NCBI GenBank assembly: GCA_963792415.1
Contig: CAWBVY010000004.1
Location: 608,001 to 672,000 of the forward strand
Reading direction: 5' to 3'
DNA: 64,000 nucleotides
Origin: Candidatus Deferrimicrobiaceae bacterium
GTDB lineage: Bacteria > Desulfobacterota > Deferrimicrobia > Deferrimicrobiales > Deferrimicrobiaceae
Under the pieces are notes generated by a model. That model made no database searches and was not told the origin of the DNA. It saw only the letters and a list, made by a program, of their open reading frames with translations. Each line of letters opens with the position of its first letter. Within the stretch, counting starts at the first letter, position 1. A program made the translations under genes and the position numbers. Shown piece by piece: positions 29,041-38,794 of the stretch.

Positions 29041-29719
29041 GGAGTTCATCGTGGTCGGGGAGGGGGATCCGTCGATGGTCCTGCTGCCGGGGTGGGCGAC
29101 CGACGGGCGGATCTTCGAAGGCGTGCTTCCCGGCGTGATCGCGGTCACGACCGGGCCGCTCCGCCCGGAAGGGCTCGCCGCGCGGCTCGCGGCGTTCCTC
29201 GACCGCGCCGCGCGCGGCCCCGTGACGGTCGTCGGGTGGTCGCTCGGCGGGTTCCTCGCGGCGGAGTTCGCGCGGGAATTCCCGGACCGGGTGCGGCGCG
29301 TCGTCCTCGTCGGGATCCGGCGGGCGTATCCCGAAGGGGAGGTGGCGGCGCTCCTGCGATCGCTCTCGACCGTCCCGGGCGGCACTCTCTCGGGGTTCTA
29401 CGCGCGATGCTTCTACCCGTCGCAGATACCTGCGTATCGCCGGTTCCGTTCCGGGCTGCAGGAGGCGTACCTGCGGGAGATGGACGGCGGCGCGCTCCGC
29501 GAAGGGCTTTCGTACCTGGCGGCGGCGCGGCTTTCCGGCGGGACGCTTCCGGCGTGCCCCGTGGCGGTCGTCCACGGGGAGGACGACGTGATCGCGCCGA
29601 TCGCCGAGGCGGAGGGGGTGGCCCGGGAATGCGGGAACGCGACGTTTCACCCGCTGCCGGGGGCGGCGCACGCCGCCTTCCTCGCGGACGGGTTCCGCGC
29701 GGTGGTCGCCCATGGTTGA
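29030..29719 (+). CDS. bioH: Alpha/beta hydrolase, BioH-like pimeloyl-ACP methyl ester esterase
   Basis: LPGWA, GWSLGG nucleophile elbow, HGEDD, AAHAAF; lies between bioF and bioC. Confidence 0.78.
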   Translation: MPPEEFIVVGEGDPSMVLLPGWATDGRIFEGVLPGVIAVTTGPLRPEGLAARLAAFLDRAARGPVTVVGWSLGGFLAAEFAREFPDRVRRVVLVGIRRAYPEGEVAALLRSLSTVPGGTLSGFYARCFYPSQIPAYRRFRSGLQEAYLREMDGGALREGLSYLAAARLSGGTLPACPVAVVHGEDDVIAPIAEAEGVARECGNATFHPLPGAAHAAFLADGFRAVVAHG

Positions 29720-30686
29720 CCCCGCCGTCCTTCGCCGCTTCTCGGCCTGCGCGGCCCGGTACGAGGCCCACGCGCACGCGCAGAGGCTCTCCGCCGCCGA
29801 TCTGCTGGCGTACACCGAGGCGTCGCTCGGTCTCGCCTCCAGCAGGGGTCGAGTCACAAACGGTATCGAGCCCGCCCCTAACAAGGGGCCAGCGCGACCC
29901 ACGAACGTTTTCGATCCGGCCCCCAAGAGGGGGCGGGTCTCCAAGATACTTGAACCCGCCCCTAACAAGGGGCCAGCGTTCAAAATACTCGAGCCGGCCC
30001 CCAAGAGGGGGCGGGCCTTCAAGATACTCGAGCCAGGCTGCGGGACGGGGCTCTACACGCGGATGCTCCTCGAAGCCTTCCGCGGCGCGTCCGTGTTCGG
30101 GGTGGACATCTCGGAGGCGATGGTGCGCGTCGCGAAGCGGGGGATCGACGACCCGCGGGCCCGCTTCGCCGCGGCCGACGCGGAGGAGATCGCCACGGGG
30201 AGCTACGACCTCGTGACCTCCAACGCCGTCTTCCAATGGTTTCGCTCCCTTCCCCGCACGCTGGCCCGGATGGCGTCCCTTCTCCCCGGCGGCGGCCTGC
30301 TCACCTTCTCCTTCTTCGGCCCCGGGACGTACGCGGAACTGGACGCCGCCTTGCGGGGGTCGGCGCTCCCGAGGGGCGCGCGCGACGGGGAGAGGGTCGC
30401 CGCCGCCGCGTTCCACTCCCGGGAAGAGATCTCCGACGCGCTTTCGGCCGCGTTCCCGCGGTGGGACGTCGTCGAGCGGCGGTACCACCAGGAATTCCCG
30501 ACCCTCGCGGACCTGCTGCGGAGCATCCGGTACACGGGGACGGGCGGGGGCGGGGCGCGGGAGTCGTGGAGCCCGGGGAGGCTCGCGCGGGTCGAGGAGG
30601 CGTACCGGGAGCGGGAGGGCGGGATCCGGACGACGTACCAGGTCTTCCTCTGCCGGGGCGCGATCCCGGAAGGGGGGGGCCGATGA
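29712..30686 (+). CDS. bioC: Malonyl-ACP O-methyltransferase with an internal tandem-repeat insert
   Basis: RRFS..AARYE..AHAQ, LEPGCGTG, DLVTSNAVFQW, SFFGPGTY, LRSIRYTG. Confidence 0.88.
   Translation: MVDPAVLRRFSACAARYEAHAHAQRLSAADLLAYTEASLGLASSRGRVTNGIEPAPNKGPARPTNVFDPAPKRGRVSKILEPAPNKGPAFKILEPAPKRGRAFKILEPGCGTGLYTRMLLEAFRGASVFGVDISEAMVRVAKRGIDDPRARFAAADAEEIATGSYDLVTSNAVFQWFRSLPRTLARMASLLPGGGLLTFSFFGPGTYAELDAALRGSALPRGARDGERVAAAAFHSREEISDALSAAFPRWDVVERRYHQEFPTLADLLRSIRYTGTGGGGARESWSPGRLARVEEAYREREGGIRTTYQVFLCRGAIPEGGGR
29866..30034 (+). repeat. In-frame 39-bp palindromic tandem array within bioC
   Basis: Units start at 29866, 29911, 29950, 29989 and (partial) 30028; cores alternate GCCCCTAACAAGGGGC and GCCCCCAAGAGGGGGC. 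Confidence 0.92.
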
Positions 30687-31390
30687 AGGGGGTCTTCGTC
30701 ACCGGCACCGGCACCGGCGTCGGGAAGACGGTGGTGTGCGGCCTGCTGGCCGGCTTCCTCCGGGCGCGGGGGATGCGGGTGACGACGCAGAAGTGGGTCG
30801 AGACGGGGGGGATGGCCGGTCCGTCGGACATCGATGTCCACCGCCGCCTGATGGGGGATCCCGGCCCCGCGCCGGAACCGCCGCCGGCGGACCGGTGCCC
30901 GTACCGGTTCTCCCTCCCCGCCTCCCCGCACCTCGCGGCGGCGCGCGAGGGGCGACGGGTGGACCCGGCCGTCCTCGAGGCGGCGTTCCGCCGTCTCGAG
31001 GGGTCCCACGACGCCGTGCTGGTCGAGGGGGCGGGCGGATTCCTCGTTCCGCTCTCGGAGGAGCTGCTGACCGCCGACCTCGTGGCGCGGATCGGCCTGC
31101 CCGTCCTCGTGGTCGCGGCGAACCGGCTCGGGTGCGTGAACGACGCGCTGCTCACCGTGGAGGCGGTCCGCCGCCGCGGGGTCCCTCTGCTGGGGCTTGT
31201 CTTCAACCGCCTTCCGGCCGAGGAGGGCGGGACGCGGGCGGAGGCGCTCGCCGACAATCCGCGGATCGTGGCGGAGATCTCGCGGGCGCCCGTCCTGGGC
31301 GAGGTTCCCCCGCTGCCCGACCCGGACCGCGGCGCGGCGGCGTTCGCCCCCCTGGGGCGGGCGTTTCTCGAACGGTGGAGGTCGACCTGA
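30683..31390 (+). CDS. bioD: Dethiobiotin synthase
   Basis: FVTGTGTGVGKT, PASPHLAA, VEGAGG, RLGCVN. Confidence 0.94.
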   Translation: MKGVFVTGTGTGVGKTVVCGLLAGFLRARGMRVTTQKWVETGGMAGPSDIDVHRRLMGDPGPAPEPPPADRCPYRFSLPASPHLAAAREGRRVDPAVLEAAFRRLEGSHDAVLVEGAGGFLVPLSEELLTADLVARIGLPVLVVAANRLGCVNDALLTVEAVRRRGVPLLGLVFNRLPAEEGGTRAEALADNPRIVAEISRAPVLGEVPPLPDPDRGAAAFAPLGRAFLERWRST

Positions 31391-32736
31391 TGGACCGGAA
31401 AAGCTGGATCCTGAAGGACCTGCGGCACAGCTGGCATCCGTACACCCAGATGAGCACCCTTGCGGCGGAACCGCCGGTGCTGATCGACCGCGCGGAGGGT
31501 CTCTTCCTCTTCGACGCGGATGGGAACCGGTACTACGACGCGATCTCGAGCTGGTGGTGCGTCGTCCACGGGCACGGGGACCCGGGAATCCGGGAGGCGG
31601 TGACGCGGCAGATGGAGCGGCTGGACCACGTCCTTTTCGCCGGCGCTACCCACGAGCCCGCGGTGCGCCTGGCCTCGCGGCTCGCCGCCATCGCCCCGGA
31701 GGGCCTTTCCCGCGTCTTCTTCTCGGACAACGGCTCCACGGCCGTGGAGGTGGCGCTCAAGATGTCGCTGCAGTGCCGGCGCAACCTCGGGCGGGAGGAG
31801 CGGACCGGGTTCGTCTGCCTCGATCACGGGTACCACGGGGATACCACCGGGTGCATGAGCGTCAGCGGCGTGGAGGCGTTCCTGCGGGCGTTCCGGCCCA
31901 TCCTCTTCCCCGCCCGCCGGGTTCCCGCGCCGTACTGCTACCGGTGCCCCGTGGGGAAGACCTACCCGGGGTGCGGGGTCGGCTGCGTCGACGCCCTCGG
32001 CGACGCGCTGCGGGAAGGCGGCGATACGATCACCGCGGTGATCCTGGAGCCGCTCCTGCTGGGCGCGGGCGGGATGATCGTCTATCCGCCGGAATACCTT
32101 TCCCGCGCGGCGGCCCTCGCGCGCGCGCACGGCGTCCACCTCATCCTCGACGAGGTGGCGACGGGGTTCGGGCGCACGGGGACGATGTTCGCCTGCGAGC
32201 AGGCCGGCGTCTCGCCGGATTTCCTCTGCCTTTCGAAGGGATTGACGGGCGGCACGATGCCCCTGGCCGCGACGCTCACCACCGCGGAGGTGTACAACTC
32301 CTTCCTCGGGAGCCCGGACAGCGGGAAGACGTTCTACCACGGCCACACGTACACGGCGAACCCGGTCGGCTGCGCCGCCGCGCTCGCCTCCCTCGACCTG
32401 TTCGAGGAGGGGAGACTCGTCGAGCGCGTGGCGCGCCTCGCCCCCCGCCTCGCGGAAGGGGTGCGGGAACTCGCCGGGCTGCCGCTGGTGGGGGACGTCC
32501 GCGGGATCGGGATGGTGGCGGCGCTCGAACTCGTTTCGGACAAGGAGACGAAGGAGCCGCTGCCGGGGACGGCGCCGGTCCTCCGCGAGATCCGCCTCGA
32601 GGGGATGCGCCGCGGGCTCTTCCTGCGCCCGCTCGGGAACGTGGTCTACCTGTTCCTCCCCCAGGCGGTCACCCGCGAAGCCCTCGACGACATCCTCGAC
32701 CGGTTCGGCTCGGCGCTGCGGAAGGTCCTGTCATGA
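31390..32736 (+). CDS. bioA: Adenosylmethionine-8-amino-7-oxononanoate aminotransferase
   Basis: WHPYTQM, ISSWW, SDNGSTAVEVALKM, DEVATGFGRTG, SKGLTGG, HGHTYTANP. Confidence 0.96.
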   Translation: MDRKSWILKDLRHSWHPYTQMSTLAAEPPVLIDRAEGLFLFDADGNRYYDAISSWWCVVHGHGDPGIREAVTRQMERLDHVLFAGATHEPAVRLASRLAAIAPEGLSRVFFSDNGSTAVEVALKMSLQCRRNLGREERTGFVCLDHGYHGDTTGCMSVSGVEAFLRAFRPILFPARRVPAPYCYRCPVGKTYPGCGVGCVDALGDALREGGDTITAVILEPLLLGAGGMIVYPPEYLSRAAALARAHGVHLILDEVATGFGRTGTMFACEQAGVSPDFLCLSKGLTGGTMPLAATLTTAEVYNSFLGSPDSGKTFYHGHTYTANPVGCAAALASLDLFEEGRLVERVARLAPRLAEGVRELAGLPLVGDVRGIGMVAALELVSDKETKEPLPGTAPVLREIRLEGMRRGLFLRPLGNVVYLFLPQAVTREALDDILDRFGSALRKVLS

Positions 32737-33470
32737 CCGGGGAGATGGAGGCGGCGAGAGGGTGGGTCCGGGAGTGCCGTTCCCTGTGCGTGCTGACCGG
32801 CGCAGGGGTGTCGGCGGAGAGCGGCGTCCCCACGTTCCGCGGGCCGGAAGGGTTGTGGAAGCAGCGGGATCCGATGTCGCTGGCCACCCCGGAGGCGTTC
32901 GCGGAGGATCCGAAGGAGGTATGGGAGTGGTACCAGTGGCGCAGGCAAAGGATCCGGGGCTGCGCACCGAATCCCGGCCACGCGGCTCTCGCCGCCGTGG
33001 AAGCGGCCAAGCCGGACTTCCTCCTCGTGACCCAGAATGTGGACGGCCTGCACCGGGCGGCGGGGTCGCGGCGGGTGGTGGAGATCCACGGGAGCATCTG
33101 GGAGGTCCGGTGCGCGGGGTGCGGCGCGGAGCGGGAGGAGCGGGGCGATTTCGCGGAGCTCCCTCCGCGGTGCGCCGCGTGCGGCGGCCTGCTGCGCCCC
33201 GGAGTGGTCTGGTTCGGCGAGATGCTGCCCCGCGAGGCGTCGGATGCCGCGATGGAGATGCTTTCCCGGTGCGAGGTGCTGGTCGTCGCGGGGACCTCCG
33301 CGGTCGTCGCCCCCGCATCGGGGTACGCCGCCCTTGCGAAGCGTCACGGCGCGAGGGTGATCGAGGTGAACCCCGGCGAGACGCCGGTGAGCGGAATCTG
33401 CGACGCGACGTTCCGCGGGAAGTCGGGCGAGGTGCTCCCGGCGCTGTTCGATCACCCCAGGTCGTCGTAG
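32733..33470 (+). CDS. cobB: NAD-dependent protein deacylase (sirtuin)
   Basis: LTGAGVSAESGVPTFRG, TQNVDGLH, HGS, two CxxC pairs, RPGVVWFGE. Confidence 0.94.
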   Translation: MTGEMEAARGWVRECRSLCVLTGAGVSAESGVPTFRGPEGLWKQRDPMSLATPEAFAEDPKEVWEWYQWRRQRIRGCAPNPGHAALAAVEAAKPDFLLVTQNVDGLHRAAGSRRVVEIHGSIWEVRCAGCGAEREERGDFAELPPRCAACGGLLRPGVVWFGEMLPREASDAAMEMLSRCEVLVVAGTSAVVAPASGYAALAKRHGARVIEVNPGETPVSGICDATFRGKSGEVLPALFDHPRSS

Positions 33471-34822
33471 GGGCGAAGGCGGAAGGAGACGCCGGGGATC
33501 GACTCGGCGAGCCGCCGGACCGCCTCGGGGTCGATGCCGGGCAGGGCGACGGCGGTGGCGCTCACCTTTGGCACGTGCTTCGGGGCCTCCCGGAGGAAAT
33601 CGAGCAGGGCGGCGAACGACGACGCCCCGTACCGGTTCGGGCAGATCCGGGCGTACGTTTCCGCGTCCGGCGCGTTCAGCGATACGGAGAGGGCGTCCAC
33701 CAGCCCCGCGAGCTCCGGCAGGATGTTCCGGCCATGGACGAGATTTCCCAGCCCGTCCGTATTGACGCGTACCCGCGCCCCGCGGCGCTTCAGTTCCGCC
33801 GCGATCTCCTTCAGCGCGTCCAGGCGCAGCAACGGCTCCCCGAAGCCGCAGAAGACGATCTCGTCGAATTTCGTCGGGTCCCCGACCTCGGCGAGCGCCT
33901 CGGCCGCGGTCGGTTCCCCGGGCAATTTCAGCAGGTGCCCCTTCACGTGGTAGTCGTGCCGCTTCGGACAGAAGGTGCAGGCGTTCGTGCACCGGTTCGT
34001 GATGTTCAGATAGAGTGAGTCGCGGATCCTGTAGGTGACCCGGACCTCCTCCTCGACGGGGATGCGGAAGAGGCGCAGCGCGTTGATCGTGGTTGTCCGC
34101 GCCACGTCCTCCACGCTGACCCCCTTGATCTCCGCGATCTTCGCCGCCACCAGCGGCACATACGACGGCTCGTTCGGCTTCCCGCGGTGCGGGACCGGCG
34201 CCAGGAACGGGCAGTCCGTCTCGATCAGCAGGCGATCCAGCGGCAACGCGCGCACCGCCTCGACCTGCTTCTCCGACCCCTTGTAGGTGATGGCCCCGGG
34301 GATGGAAACGAGAAAATTCATCGCGAGCGCCGCGCGGGCCATCGCGAGATCCCCCGAGAAGCAGTGGATGATGCCGCCCACCTCGGCCGCGTTTTCCTCC
34401 GAAAGGATCGACAGCACCTCGTCGTGGGCGTCCCGGTCGTGGACGACCACGGGGAGGCCGCGTCGGCGGGCGAGGCGGATCTGCTCTCGGAAGGCGGCGC
34501 GCTGGGAGTCCCGGGGGGCGCGGTCGCGGTGGAAATCGAGCCCCGTCTCCCCGATCGCCACCACCTTGTCGCACCGGGAGAGCGCCTCGAGGCGGGCGAG
34601 GAGCGTGTCTTCGATCCGCCCCGCGTCGTGCGGGTGCAGCCCGACGACGGCGTAGATCCCCGTGTGCCGGTGGGCGATCGATACGGCCCGCTCGCCGCTC
34701 TCCGGGTCGATGCCGACCGTGGCGATCCGCGTGACTCCCGCGTCGCCCGCCCGGCGCACCACCGCCTCCTCCGCATCGGAAAGCGGCGAAAGGTCCAGGT
34801 GCGCGTGGGTGTCAAAAAACAT
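33452..34822 (-). CDS. tatD: TatD family hydrolase fused to a TatD-associated radical SAM domain
   Basis: DTHAH, IGETGLD, HCFSG, ETDCP; then LYLNITNRCTNACTFC and EIVFCGFGEP. Confidence 0.92.
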   Translation of the reverse strand: MFFDTHAHLDLSPLSDAEEAVVRRAGDAGVTRIATVGIDPESGERAVSIAHRHTGIYAVVGLHPHDAGRIEDTLLARLEALSRCDKVVAIGETGLDFHRDRAPRDSQRAAFREQIRLARRRGLPVVVHDRDAHDEVLSILSEENAAEVGGIIHCFSGDLAMARAALAMNFLVSIPGAITYKGSEKQVEAVRALPLDRLLIETDCPFLAPVPHRGKPNEPSYVPLVAAKIAEIKGVSVEDVARTTTINALRLFRIPVEEEVRVTYRIRDSLYLNITNRCTNACTFCPKRHDYHVKGHLLKLPGEPTAAEALAEVGDPTKFDEIVFCGFGEPLLRLDALKEIAAELKRRGARVRVNTDGLGNLVHGRNILPELAGLVDALSVSLNAPDAETYARICPNRYGASSFAALLDFLREAPKHVPKVSATAVALPGIDPEAVRRLAESIPGVSFRLRPYDDLG

Positions 34823-34853
34823 GGAATGCCGGCATGGTTGAGGCGCGGGTCCT

Positions 34854-36389
34854 TCAGGTTTCGATTTTGGGGAAGACGATGCACGCCTTCGGGAGGGTTG
34901 CGCCCGCCGCGAGCCCTCCCCATGCGCCGTCCCGGCCGATCCGCGCGTTTTCCAGGGGGCCGCCCCCGGGAACGAGGGCTTCCCACAACTTCTGCGCCGC
35001 GGTCGGGGTGAACGGGGTCATCAGCAGCGCGGCCACCCGGGACGCCTCGAGGGCGTTGTAGAGAACCGTCCCCAGCCGGGCGCGCATCGAAGGGTCCTTC
35101 GCCAGCGCCCACGGCTGCATCGACTGCACGTATTCGTTCCCCTTCGTCACGAGGTCGATGATCGCCCCGAGCGCCTTGTGGAACGCCACTTCTTCCATCG
35201 CGGCGGCCACGGCCGGCACGCTCTCGCGCCCGCAGTTCGACAGGACCGCGTCCGCGGGTTCTTCGGTCCCCGGCGCGGGGACGACGCCGGCGAAATATTT
35301 CCCGAGCATCCCGAGCGACCGGTTCAACAGGTTCCCCAGCTTGTCGGCGAGCTCCGAATTGGCGCGCTTGATCAGCTCCCTCTCCGAGAAGTCGCCGTCC
35401 AGCCCGAAGGAGACTTCGCGCAGCAGGAAGTAACGGAACGCGTCCGCCCCGTACTTCCGGACCATCTCGTACGGGTCGACGACGTTCCCCAGCGACTTGC
35501 TCATCTTCTGCCCCTCGACGGTCCACCATCCGTGGGCGAACACGCCGAGCGGCGGCGCGATCCCTGCGGACATGAGGAACGCGGGCCAGTAGACGGCGTG
35601 GAAGCGGAGGATGTCCTTTCCCACCATGTGGATGTCGGCGGGCCAGAAGGTCCCGAACTCCGCCGTGGGCGCCGGATATCCCAGCCCGGTGATGTAGTTG
35701 GTGAGGGCGTCGTACCAGACGTAGATCACGTGCCCCGGCGCGTCGGGCGCCGGGATTCCCCAGGAGAGCGAGGTGCGGGAGACGGAGAGGTCGTTCAGCC
35801 CCCCCTCGACGAAGGAGACCACCTCGTTGCGGCGGCTCTCCGGCCGGATGAAGGAGGGGTGTTTCCGGTAGTAGTCGAGGAGCGGCTGCTGGTACTTCGA
35901 CAGGCGGAAGAAGTAGGAGGGCTCCTTCCGCTTCTCCACGGGGCGTCCGCACGTCGGGCAATTCCCGTCCGCGAGCTGCAGCTCCGTCCAGTACGCCTCG
36001 TCGGGGACGCAGTACCACCCCTCGTAGTCGCCCAGGTAGATGTCGCCGTTGGCGAGCGACTTGCGGAAGAGGTCCTGCACGGAGGCGTAATGCCGCGGCT
36101 CCGTGGTGCGGATGAAGCCGGTGTTGCTGATCGTAAGGGCCGGGGTAAGGCCCTGGAAGTTGGTCACGACCTGGTCGGCGAGCTCGCGGGGGGAGAGGCC
36201 TTTCGCCGCCGCGGTCTTCTGCACCTTCTCCCCGTGCTCGTCCGTTCCCGTGAGGAAGAAGACCCGCTTCCCGAGCATGCGGTGCCAGCGCGCGAGGGCG
36301 TCGCAGGCGATCGTCGTGTAGGCGTGCCCGATGTGGGGGACGTCGTTGACGTAGTAGATCGGGGTCGTGATGTAGAACGTCTCCTTCAC
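34854..36389 (-). CDS. metG: Methionine--tRNA ligase (short form)
   Basis: YITTPIYYVN, HIGH, GKDILRFH, KMSKS; GTG start overlapping the upstream stop. Confidence 0.96.
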   Translation of the reverse strand: MKETFYITTPIYYVNDVPHIGHAYTTIACDALARWHRMLGKRVFFLTGTDEHGEKVQKTAAAKGLSPRELADQVVTNFQGLTPALTISNTGFIRTTEPRHYASVQDLFRKSLANGDIYLGDYEGWYCVPDEAYWTELQLADGNCPTCGRPVEKRKEPSYFFRLSKYQQPLLDYYRKHPSFIRPESRRNEVVSFVEGGLNDLSVSRTSLSWGIPAPDAPGHVIYVWYDALTNYITGLGYPAPTAEFGTFWPADIHMVGKDILRFHAVYWPAFLMSAGIAPPLGVFAHGWWTVEGQKMSKSLGNVVDPYEMVRKYGADAFRYFLLREVSFGLDGDFSERELIKRANSELADKLGNLLNRSLGMLGKYFAGVVPAPGTEEPADAVLSNCGRESVPAVAAAMEEVAFHKALGAIIDLVTKGNEYVQSMQPWALAKDPSMRARLGTVLYNALEASRVAALLMTPFTPTAAQKLWEALVPGGGPLENARIGRDGAWGGLAAGATLPKACIVFPKIET

Positions 36390-37153
36390 GGAGTCCCCTC
36401 CTCGTCGTCGGTCAGCCGGGCGGTCATCTCCTCGACGACGTCGTCGTCCTGCGCGGCCGGGGCCGTCGCGGGTGGAGGCGTCTTGGGCGAGGCGCACGTC
36501 CCGCACGCCTTCGGGCGGGAGTACGAATCGTGCTCGTAGATCAGGCAGCACATCAGCCGTCCGCAGACCCCGGAAAGCTTCGCCGGGTTGAGCGACAGCT
36601 TCTGGTCCTTCGCCATCCTGACCGTGATCGGCTCGAAGTCGACAAGGAAGGTCGCGCAGCAGAGCTCCTTGCCGCACGGGCCGACGCCGCCGACGGCGCG
36701 CGCCTCGTCGCGCACTCCGATCTGGCGCATCTCGATGCGCGTGCGAAGCTCGTGGGCCAGGTCCTTGACGAGTTCCCGAAAGTCGATCCGTCCGTCCGCC
36801 GTGAAGTAGAAGACCGCCTTGCTCCGGTCGAGGAGGTACTCGGCCCGCACCAGCTTCATCGGGAGCCCCCGCTCGGCGATGCGGGCGGTGCAGAACGCTT
36901 CCGCCTCGGATTCCCGGCGGGCGTTCTCCTGGTGGGCGCGCATGTCCTCCGCCGAGGCCACCCGGAGGACCTTGCCGAAGGGGGGCTTATCGCCCCTCGG
37001 CGCGGGATCGTCGATCCGGCGGATCACCTCGCCCAGCGACGCCCCCCGTTCCGTCTGCACGACGGCGTAGTCCCCCCGCTGAAGGGCCACGCCCGTGCAG
37101 TCGAAGTGGAAGGTCTTGCAGACGCCACGAAGGCGGATACCGGCGATGTCCAT
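36386..37153 (-). CDS. ricT: PSP1/RicT (YaaT) family protein
   Basis: FYFTADGRIDFRELVK, RIEMRQIGVRDEA, GPCGKELCC, KLSGVCGRLMCCL. Confidence 0.93.
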   Translation of the reverse strand: MDIAGIRLRGVCKTFHFDCTGVALQRGDYAVVQTERGASLGEVIRRIDDPAPRGDKPPFGKVLRVASAEDMRAHQENARRESEAEAFCTARIAERGLPMKLVRAEYLLDRSKAVFYFTADGRIDFRELVKDLAHELRTRIEMRQIGVRDEARAVGGVGPCGKELCCATFLVDFEPITVRMAKDQKLSLNPAKLSGVCGRLMCCLIYEHDSYSRPKACGTCASPKTPPPATAPAAQDDDVVEEMTARLTDDEEGTP

Positions 37154-37162
37154 TCCCAGTCC

Positions 37163-38143
37163 TCATCCCTTCCCGTGCAATCCGAAGAAAAACGCCTCCA
37201 GCATCAGCCGCTTCTGCTGCTGCGGAGGCATGCGGGAGATCGACAGGAGCTCCCGGAACGCCGTGATCCACCCGTTCTCGGGTGGGTGGACCGCCGCGGA
37301 CGCGAGAGGCTCCCGCAGATCCTCGTTCATTATATCCGCTACGCCCCCGGAAGATAAGAGGGACAGATCCCGAAGCAGGGAGAGCGGGGCGGCCAGGCGT
37401 CCCGGGGTGTCCCCCTCCCCCTTCCAGCTCTCCGCGAGTTTCACTGCCGCCGCCGGGGAGAGCCTGGCGAGAAGCGCGAGCCACGTCTCCCGCTCTTCCG
37501 CGAGCCCGGGCAGGAGCGAGAGGGCGCGCCCCGGGCTTCCCCCGGCAACCCTGGCGGCCAGCAGGATCACGGGCCGGGGATGCTCCCCGTCCACGTCGGG
37601 GTGGCGGGAAAGGATCTCCGCCACGTCGCCGGCGGCGAGGGGGAAGAAGGGGACCCTCTGGCACCGGGAGACGATGGTGGGCATCAGGACCGAGGTCCTG
37701 TGGGCGACGAGGATCAGGTGCGCGTCGGCAGGCGGCTCCTCGAGCGTTTTCAGCAGGGCGTTGGCCGCCTGCGGCGTCATCCGCTCGGCGGGGCAGAGGA
37801 TCGCGACGCGGGGGCGGTCGGAGAACGCCTTGAGGGAGAGTTCCTCCCGCAGCGCGCGGATCTCGTCGATCTTGAGGAACTGCGTTTCCGGCGTGAGGAA
37901 AAGGAAGTTCGGATGGGCGCCGGACGCGAGCAGCCGGCAGTCGTGACACGATCCGCACGCCCCGTCTTCCCCGGGGACCCGGCAAAGGAGGGCGGCGGCG
38001 AACGCCCGGGCGGCCTTCTCCTTCCCCACTCCTTCCTCCCCGGAGAAGAGAAGCCCCTGGGGGACCGCCCCCGCGCCGATGTACCGGCGCAGGAGGGCGA
38101 TGGCCCGCTCCTGGCCGATGACCGCGGAGAGGGGTTCTACCAT
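37163..38143 (-). CDS. holB: DNA polymerase III subunit delta'
   Basis: VIGQ, GEEGVGK, CGSCHDC, HPN, AANALLKTLEEPP, TIVSRCQ. Confidence 0.93.
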   Translation of the reverse strand: MVEPLSAVIGQERAIALLRRYIGAGAVPQGLLFSGEEGVGKEKAARAFAAALLCRVPGEDGACGSCHDCRLLASGAHPNFLFLTPETQFLKIDEIRALREELSLKAFSDRPRVAILCPAERMTPQAANALLKTLEEPPADAHLILVAHRTSVLMPTIVSRCQRVPFFPLAAGDVAEILSRHPDVDGEHPRPVILLAARVAGGSPGRALSLLPGLAEERETWLALLARLSPAAAVKLAESWKGEGDTPGRLAAPLSLLRDLSLLSSGGVADIMNEDLREPLASAAVHPPENGWITAFRELLSISRMPPQQQKRLMLEAFFFGLHGKG

Positions 38144-38763
38144 CCGAACCGCTGCGCCACCGTCCGGAGAACGCTTCGGAACACCTCTTCTTCCGGGGCG
38201 GCGGCGTCGATCCGGACGATCCGCTCGGGGTCGCGACCGGCGAGGCGGAGGTACCCATCGCGCACGGCGCGGTGGAAGTCGAGGGATTCGCGCTCCAGCC
38301 GGTCCGGCCCGTAGCCGCGCCCCTTGACGCGGGCGGACCCGTCCTCGGGCGGCAGGTCGAGCAGTAGCGTCAGGGCGGGGACGACCTCCCCCGCGGCGAA
38401 CCGGTTCAGCCGCTCCACCAGGGAAGCGTCGAGCCCCCGCGCTTGCGCCTGGTACGCCGTCGTCGCGTCGCAGAAGCGGTCGCACAGGACGGCCCGGCCG
38501 GACAGGAGCGCCGGAAGGATGCGCCCCCGGACATGCTGGGCTCGCGCAGCCTCGTAGAGGAGGAGCTCGGCTTCGGGGAAGACGGTTTCCTCGCGGGGGA
38601 CGAGCACGAGTGCGCGGATCTCGTCCGAAAGGGGGGTGCCGCCCGGCTCGCGGGTGACGAGGTGGGGGACGCCCTTCGCGGCGAGGTGCGCGGAGAGCCG
38701 CCGGATCTGCGTCGTCTTGCCGGATCCCTCGATCCCCTCGAAGGTGACGAAGATCCCTTTCAT
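38137..38763 (-). CDS. tmk: Thymidylate kinase
   Basis: FEGIEGSGKTT, TREPGGT, LCDRF, AYQ. Confidence 0.95.
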   Translation of the reverse strand: MKGIFVTFEGIEGSGKTTQIRRLSAHLAAKGVPHLVTREPGGTPLSDEIRALVLVPREETVFPEAELLLYEAARAQHVRGRILPALLSGRAVLCDRFCDATTAYQAQARGLDASLVERLNRFAAGEVVPALTLLLDLPPEDGSARVKGRGYGPDRLERESLDFHRAVRDGYLRLAGRDPERIVRIDAAAPEEEVFRSVLRTVAQRFGW

Positions 38764-38794
38764 CGGCGCGTCGAGCGGTTCGTGGCGCGGGTGC

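Noticed and set aside
29866-30034. CRISPR-like array
   Set aside because: The units are contiguous with no unique spacers, lie in frame within bioC, and no cas genes are nearby.
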